From contig CAWANH010000028.1 of assembly GCA_963783375.1 (NCBI GenBank), positions 1,216,001-1,280,000 on the forward strand: a stretch of DNA of 64,000 nucleotides. The letters run 5' to 3'. Below the pieces are notes generated by a model, which made no database searches, was not told the origin of the DNA, and saw nothing but the letters and a program-made list of their open reading frames with translations. Positions 63,421-64,000 of this stretch are shown here, one piece after another (positions within the stretch are counted from its first letter, which is position 1; the number at the start of each line of letters is the position of its first letter). The DNA is from Candidatus Eiseniibacteriota bacterium. Lineage in GTDB: Bacteria; Eisenbacteria; RBG-16-71-46; JABDJR01. The position numbers and the translations under genes were made by a program.

Positions 63421-64000
63421 CTAGTGCCGGGGGCAGGAGCAGTCGGTGGAGTCGCCCTTGTCGAGGTAGAAGTCCAGGTGGTTGGCGGCCTCGCAGGCGG
63501 CCAGCGTCGCGGCGGCAATGGCAAAGCAGACCGCCGCGCCGAACATTCCGACGATGGGGCCGATGGAGATGAGGCAGTTCTGGAGCGCGGCGTTGGCGAT
63601 CGCCGCGCAGGCCATGTCTCCCGCACCGTGGGCGATCCCCTTGAGGATATCCTCGGCCCCGCCGCGGTCGATTTCATTCACGTCTCCCCGCCAGAGCACC
63701 TGCCCGGTGGCAGCGTTGGTCAGGGTGCCGGTTGCGGGGTCGACTCTCGCCCCGCCCAGGTAGCGGCCCCGATCGGTGACCAGGTTGACGGTAAGGGCGC
63801 CTCCCTCCTCCTCCCCGATCACCTTGAGCACGCGGCCCAGGCGGGAATGCCCGAAGACGCCGACCTGGATCGGACCGCTCCAGCGTCCGGGGACGGTCCG
63901 GTTCACCGCCCGGACCGCGCTCTGGGCCACGGTCGGGGTGAGTCCGGGGCCGGTGATGACGTCGGGCCCGGTGGCGTAGAGCGCCTTGATCCTCCCCCAG
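63421..64000 (-). CDS. Hypothetical protein (5'-truncated) with an internal WGRIKALY motif and a Cys-rich hydrophobic C-terminus
   Basis: Frame is open to the window edge: WGRIKALYATGPD...; C-x10-C-x15-C-x10-C near the C-terminus. Confidence 0.6.
   Translation of the reverse strand, partial: WGRIKALYATGPDVITGPGLTPTVAQSAVRAVNRTVPGRWSGPIQVGVFGHSRLGRVLKVIGEEEGGALTVNLVTDRGRYLGGARVDPATGTLTNAATGQVLWRGDVNEIDRGGAEDILKGIAHGAGDMACAAIANAALQNCLISIGPIVGMFGAAVCFAIAAATLAACEAANHLDFYLDKGDSTDCSCPRH

Overview
High-GC window from a diderm bacterium. The repeated C-terminal FlgD-Ig/'PNPF...WDG.D..GR...SGVYF' tails and a WGxIKALY motif suggest an FCB-related candidate phylum such as Eisenbacteria, Krumholzibacteriota or Latescibacterota (inference). 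Contents in order: a partial CHAT protease; a ~3,957-aa secreted multi-propeller adhesin/metalloprotease split by a G-run frameshift; a Ser/Thr kinase-TPR; archease-rtcB; an M1 aminopeptidase; a pstCAB-phoB-pstS-porin cluster with 11-bp periodic CTAAC Pho-box-like repeats; nifJ-DHODH-like-btpA followed by an octaheme HAO-family cytochrome and a membrane partner; MarR-YceI; an atypical Rho lacking its OB-fold RNA-binding domain; ahpD-like and typA; MEMO1, sppA and others. The strongest hidden feature is a cysteine-free BCP/peroxiredoxin whose catalytic codon is an in-frame UGA followed by a SECIS-like hairpin, i.e. a selenoprotein that the ORF track splits in two. Several indel frameshifts suggest long-read assembly errors. 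No rRNA, tRNA, CRISPR array or mobile element was recognised.
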